A DNA stretch of 64,000 nucleotides, from assembly GCA_043824255.1 (NCBI GenBank), contig JBDRTG010000027.1, positions 64,001 through 128,000 of the forward strand. Reading direction: 5' to 3'. The translations under genes and the position numbers were made by a program. Each line of letters starts with the position of its first letter. The stretch's first letter is position 1. This stretch comes from a bacterium. GTDB lineage: Bacteria; JAHJDO01. Shown in pieces: positions 59,801 to 64,000 of this stretch. The notes beneath the pieces are model-generated. The model was not told the DNA's origin. It did not search any database and worked only from the letters and a program-made list of their open reading frames with translations.

Positions 59801-59862
59801 ATAGTTAATGTAAGAAATACTTAACTATGTGAACTATATCGCAAAGGCATAACATCTGTCAA
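59801..59862 (-). promoter_or_regulatory. MarR operon promoter with palindromic operator
   Basis: Minus-strand TTGACA-N18-TATAGT; inverted repeat ATAGTTAA-N12-TTAACTAT (59801-59828). Confidence 0.65.
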
Positions 59863-59943
59863 CAAAAAAATCGCACATTAAAACATCCCCCTGATTTCGC
59901 CCTTTTTTCTTTATGATTTGGGGATAGTGGGGTATAATAGGGG

Positions 59944-60045
59944 AAGCAAGCCAAAGTCCGCAAGTACGAAAAACAAATTGACTCGATGGTCTATAAGTTG
60001 TATGGATTGACTGAGGAAGAAATTGCTTTAGTTGAGGCAGTATGA
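59944..60045 (+). pseudogene. C-terminal remnant of a type IIG-like restriction-modification enzyme
   Basis: KQAKVRKYEKQIDSMVYKLYGLTEEEIALVEAV*; in-frame TAG just upstream and no start codon for the full fragment. Confidence 0.7.
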
Positions 60046-60107
60046 AAAATAGGAAAGAGGTAAAAAAAGTTAGAAATATTAGAGATAGGTTAAATAAAAT
60101 TTGAACT

Positions 60108-60746
60108 GTGAGTAAACCCCATTCCTCAAAGATATACATACGACACAAGGAAAAGATACTTGATTTCTTGTGGGCAAATGTTTGTTCTGATGGCTCAGTT
60201 ATCATCGGTTTTTCAGAGCCAGGGGCAGAAGAAATTCTATTCGTTGTAGATGAGAAGCTAGGGGAACTAAGACCAAGAGATTTCAAAGTTTGTAGAGCAC
60301 CAGGCAATTCAAAAGTTACTTTCCATCCGAGTGGCATTTACAAATTAACAACCTATATAGGACTCACACATGAATCTATGGATCGATGTACTATTATAGG
60401 AACACCTTTTAAACAAATCACAAAACCTACAAGGATGGTGGAAGTTTTACTCTCAAAACGTCTTCATATAACAGAAAAGAAATTATCCAAACGTGATATC
60501 ATTTTAGATACATCGGAGTTTCCTCAAAAACCTCTTTGTTGTACCATATCCTGTATGCCTGCAGATAAATATCACGAAACTATGAAGTTTGTTAATACTT
60601 CCGAATGTGAGTATACTAACGCACTAGAACATGGAGGGTTAGTCTGGTCTTTTACGTTGCGAGTATCTCGTAATGTTAACTATGCAGATAACCAACATAC
60701 ATTTTTCATATATGGAAAAATCAGGTGGGGACAAAAAGAGAAATAA
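60108..60746 (+). CDS. Hypothetical protein
   Basis: 212-aa ORF with no recognised motif. Confidence 0.55.
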   Translation: MSKPHSSKIYIRHKEKILDFLWANVCSDGSVIIGFSEPGAEEILFVVDEKLGELRPRDFKVCRAPGNSKVTFHPSGIYKLTTYIGLTHESMDRCTIIGTPFKQITKPTRMVEVLLSKRLHITEKKLSKRDIILDTSEFPQKPLCCTISCMPADKYHETMKFVNTSECEYTNALEHGGLVWSFTLRVSRNVNYADNQHTFFIYGKIRWGQKEK

Positions 60747-60781
60747 TAACAAAAGAACATGACACAAATCTTTAACCGTCC

Positions 60782-60899
60782 GGATTCCCCAATCAATTCG
60801 TGGAATGACAAACGGGCAGCTGCAAGGGCTGCCCCTACAATAACCGCCAGCTAAAGCAGGCGGTTGCGGGGGCGAAACTGTCCCCCTTCAAAGGGGGAT
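60782..60899. repeat. Cluster of four different short palindromic elements
   Basis: GGATTCCCC..GGAATGAC; GGGCAGC..GCTGCCCCTAC; AACCGCC..GGCGGTT; TCCCCCTTCAAAGGGGGA. Confidence 0.8.
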
Positions 60900-60919
60900 G
60901 TAAAAAGTCCACTTTCCAA

Positions 60920-60948
60920 TTGACAAAGGTTGTATAATTGAATAAAAT
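60920..60948 (+). promoter_or_regulatory. Sigma-70-type promoter
   Basis: TTGACA-N17-TAAAAT. Confidence 0.7.
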
Positions 60949-61002
60949 TCAGGTGCTTTTCTGATAGATTGTAGGTCGAAAAACTAACATAAAGGTGAAA
61001 AA

Positions 61003-62136
61003 ATGAGAAAAAATTATCTTCTAACTCCAGGCCCGACTTCTGTGCCTTCTGATGTTCTGCTGGATCTGGCTAGGCCTATTGTGCATCATAGAACCCCTCA
61101 ATTTGCTGAGATATTTCGTTCTGTTAGTGAAGGGCTGAAATATGTTTTTCAGACAAAAAACGATGTTCTCATATTTGCTTCATCAGGTACAGGAGCTATG
61201 GAAGCCAGTGTTGTTAATCTTCTATCTCCCGGAGATAAAGTGCTGACAATTAGAGGTGGTAAGTTTGGAGAAAGATGGGATGAAATATGTAGGGCATGCA
61301 ACATAGAAACTTTCCCAATAGATGTTGAATGGGGTAAGCCTGTTAATCCTGAGGATGTAAGGAGCATTTTAAAAAGAGAAAAGGGAATAAAGGCTGTTTT
61401 TGCCACATTGATAGAAACATCAACAGGTATTATGCATGATGTCAAGGCATTAGGCAGTATTGTCAAAGAATTTCCTGCTGTTTTAGTGGTAGACGCTGTC
61501 AGCGGGCTTGGAGCGGTTGATATACAGACTGATAATTGGAATGTGGATGTGGTAGTTGCCGGTTCTCAAAAGGCGTTAATGCTGCCTCCTGGATTGGCGT
61601 TTGCAAGCGTAAGCAATAAAGCATGGGATTTGGTAGAAAGTTCTAAATGTCCTAAGTACTATTGGAGTTTTGCAAAGGCAAGAAAATCATTAGAAACTAA
61701 TCAGACGCCATATACCCCTGCTGTGTCACTAATAGTTGGTTTAAGTAAGTCTTTGGAGATGATAAAAGAGGAAGGACTTGAGAATGTGCTTGCAAGGCAT
61801 AGCAAACTGGCTAAAGCTACGCGAGCTGCAATAAAGGCTATGGGACTTGAGCTTTTGGCTCCGGAGGCTCCATCAGACGCAGTAACGGCTGTTAAGGTTC
61901 CACAGGGAGTAGATGGTGTGGATTTAGTAAAGAGCTTAAAGAAGAAATATGATGTTATGATTACCGGTGGACAAGAGCAACTTAAGGGAAGGATAATAAG
62001 AATTGCTCATATGGGTTATTCCGATACATTTGATATTATTACAGTAATTTCAGCCCTTGAAATGGCTCTGGTAGATTCCGGATATAATCTTGAACTTGGT
62101 AAAGGTATAAAAGCTGCAGAGGAGGTTCTAAAGTGA
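61003..62136 (+). CDS. Class V aminotransferase (alanine/serine-glyoxylate family); possibly acts as phosphoserine aminotransferase
   Basis: LLTPGP, SGTGAME, ETSTG, DAVS, GSQKALMLPPG, RIAHMG; coupled to serA. Confidence 0.9.
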   Translation: MRKNYLLTPGPTSVPSDVLLDLARPIVHHRTPQFAEIFRSVSEGLKYVFQTKNDVLIFASSGTGAMEASVVNLLSPGDKVLTIRGGKFGERWDEICRACNIETFPIDVEWGKPVNPEDVRSILKREKGIKAVFATLIETSTGIMHDVKALGSIVKEFPAVLVVDAVSGLGAVDIQTDNWNVDVVVAGSQKALMLPPGLAFASVSNKAWDLVESSKCPKYYWSFAKARKSLETNQTPYTPAVSLIVGLSKSLEMIKEEGLENVLARHSKLAKATRAAIKAMGLELLAPEAPSDAVTAVKVPQGVDGVDLVKSLKKKYDVMITGGQEQLKGRIIRIAHMGYSDTFDIITVISALEMALVDSGYNLELGKGIKAAEEVLK

Positions 62137-63713
62137 AGATATTAGTAAGTGATTCCTTAGCAAAAGAGGGAATAGAAATTCTTAAGAATAGTAAGATAGG
62201 TGTTGATGTAAAAACAGATATGTCTCCTGAAGAGCTCAAAAGTTGCATCGGAGATTATGAAGGCTTGGTTATAAGAAGTAAAACCAAGGTTACAAAGGAT
62301 ATAATTGAATCTGCAAAAAAGTTAAAAGTAATTGGCAGGGCTGGGGTTGGCGTGGATAACATAGATATACCTGCAGCTACGGAACGCGGTATAGTTGTTA
62401 TGAATACCCCTGGAGGCAATACTATTTCAGCGGCGGAACATACACTAAGCATGCTTCTGGCTCTTTCCCGCAATATTCCTCAGGCAAACCAATCGTTAAA
62501 GAATGGTCTCTGGGATAAAAAGAAATTTATTGGAACAGAGGTGTATGGCAAGGTGTTGGGTATAATTGGGTTAGGGAAGATTGGCACAGAGGTTGCTGAC
62601 CGTGCTCAGGCATTTGGAATGCGTATTATAGCATATGATCCATTTATCCCTGTTGAAAAGGCAGATAAACTTGGCATAAGACTTGAGACTTTTGAGAATG
62701 TTTTTAAAAAGGCAGATTATATAACAGTTCACCTTCCTCTGACGTCTGATACAAAGCATATAATAAATGATAAAGAGTTTGGTTTGATGAAACAGGGTGC
62801 AAGGATTATCAATTGTGCGCGTGGAGGCATAATAGAGGAGAATGCCCTATGTAGAGCTGTAAAGTCAGGAAAACTTGCAGGAGCAGCTGTGGATGTTTTT
62901 GAGAGAGAACCTTTGCCAGCAGACAGTCCTCTTTTGTTATATGAGAATATCATAGTTACGCCACATTTAGCTGCTTCTACCGAAGAGGCTCAGATTAATG
63001 TTGCTCAAGACATTGCGCATCAGATAACAGATGCATTGCAAAATGAGAATTATTCTAATGCTGTCAATATTCCGAGTATAGATCCTAAGGTGTTCAAAGA
63101 GATAAAGCCATATTTTAATCTGGCAGAACGGTTGGGGAAGTTGCAGCGGCAGCTGGTTGATGGGCATATAAAGGTCCTAAGAATAGAGTATAGCGGAGAT
63201 GTTACAAACTATAATGTGACTCCTATAACAGTAGCTATAATAAAAGGTTTGCTGGAGCCTGTGCTTAACAAGGCGGTTAATTATGTGAATGCATCTTTTA
63301 TTGCGAGAGAGAGAGGAATAAAAGTTGTAGAGAGTAAGACTAGTAAGGCAGAGGATTTCGCAAATTTAATCACTATATACACACAAACTAATTCTGGAGA
63401 ATCTTCAATAGCGGGAACTCTGTTTAGGGAAAATGATCCAAGGATTGTACGCATAAATGATTATCATGTTGATGCAGTTCCTGATGGGTTTATGCTTGTG
63501 TGTATAAATAAAGATATGCCTGGAATAATGGGGAATATGGGAACAATACTTGGCAAGCATAATGTCAATATTGCAAGCATGACACTTGGTAGGAAAAAGC
63601 AAGGGGAGCAGGCGGTGACTGTATTTAACCTGGATAATGAGCCTCCCAGAGAAACGCTAGGTGAAATCGAGAAACTAAAAGAGATAATATCAGTCAAGTT
63701 AGTAAGGTTTTGA
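62133..63713 (+). CDS. serA: D-3-phosphoglycerate dehydrogenase
   Basis: GRAGVGVDNID, GLGKIG, INCARG, TPHL.AST.EAQ, C-terminal ASB and ACT domains. Confidence 0.96.
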   Translation: MKILVSDSLAKEGIEILKNSKIGVDVKTDMSPEELKSCIGDYEGLVIRSKTKVTKDIIESAKKLKVIGRAGVGVDNIDIPAATERGIVVMNTPGGNTISAAEHTLSMLLALSRNIPQANQSLKNGLWDKKKFIGTEVYGKVLGIIGLGKIGTEVADRAQAFGMRIIAYDPFIPVEKADKLGIRLETFENVFKKADYITVHLPLTSDTKHIINDKEFGLMKQGARIINCARGGIIEENALCRAVKSGKLAGAAVDVFEREPLPADSPLLLYENIIVTPHLAASTEEAQINVAQDIAHQITDALQNENYSNAVNIPSIDPKVFKEIKPYFNLAERLGKLQRQLVDGHIKVLRIEYSGDVTNYNVTPITVAIIKGLLEPVLNKAVNYVNASFIARERGIKVVESKTSKAEDFANLITIYTQTNSGESSIAGTLFRENDPRIVRINDYHVDAVPDGFMLVCINKDMPGIMGNMGTILGKHNVNIASMTLGRKKQGEQAVTVFNLDNEPPRETLGEIEKLKEIISVKLVRF

Positions 63714-63715
63714 AT

Positions 63716-64000
63716 GTGAAGTCAGTAACAATAAAAGTTCCGGCAACAACAGCAAATCTCGGGTCAGGTTTTGATACGCTTGCTTTGGCTCTGGATCTGT
63801 ATAATTATGTTACAATTGAATTAAATACAAAGACGCATATAGAGATTGAGAATGAAGGAAGAAATAGTTTGCCTCTTAATGAAGAGAACATAGTATATAT
63901 TGCTGCAAAGGCTGTTTTTGATATGGCTGAGGTCAAGATGGATGGATTGAAAATAAAGTTGGTTAATAATATTCCATTGGCCAGGGGATTAGGAAGTAGC
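63716..64000 (+). CDS. thrB: Homoserine kinase (3'-truncated by the window edge)
   Basis: Translated by hand: VPATTANLGSGFD...IPLARGLGSS. Confidence 0.93.
   Translation, partial: MKSVTIKVPATTANLGSGFDTLALALDLYNYVTIELNTKTHIEIENEGRNSLPLNEENIVYIAAKAVFDMAEVKMDGLKIKLVNNIPLARGLGSS

Noticed and set aside
59834..60337. 167-aa minus-strand ORF
   Set aside because: Antisense to the R-M remnant and orphan ORF and runs over the marR promoter; no motif.
60744..60810. attC site after the orphan ORF (TAAC after the stop)
   Set aside because: No matching GTTRRRY end or attC-like pairing visible.
415..63697. Numerous 60-190-aa antisense or alternate-frame ORFs in the track
   Set aside because: They overlap well-supported genes and lack motifs or RBSs.

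Overview
AT-rich chromosomal segment, mostly + strand, from a diderm bacterium (lipid A, BamA, LpxC/FabZ fusion, ctsR-less mcsA-mcsB-clpC; gene order suggests a PVC-related candidate phylum, inferred). 1-15 kb is a type IV pilus/T2SS-like locus: pilB, pilT, pilB, pilC, a PilR/PilS-like pair, a sigma-54 promoter, six prepilins and a giant PilX/GspK-like protein. Housekeeping genes follow (frameshifted prfB, dap, fol/pan, ilvE, clpC, bamA-lpx, trpS, pheA, glyQS, rtcB, heptose genes, miaA, archaeal-type aroA'/aroB'), then a minus-strand accessory block (lipoprotein, patatin, flavin reductase, MarR-TolC-RND) and serA/thrB. The most unusual signal is a network of small repeats. (i) A four-helix-bundle (IVS/Avd-like) gene is bracketed by inverted 7-nt repeat arrays, and two gene-less copies of this cassette flank prfB. 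(ii) Five prepilin leader peptides are built from 7-nt repeats and hairpins. (iii) The repeat-filled gaps between minor pilin genes are short stop-to-start 'bridge' ORFs all starting MAIIN. (iv) REP-like palindromes lie in frame inside PilR and PilS. A truncated tRNA-Ala is fused to the start of rtcB. All calls were made by eye, without database searches.
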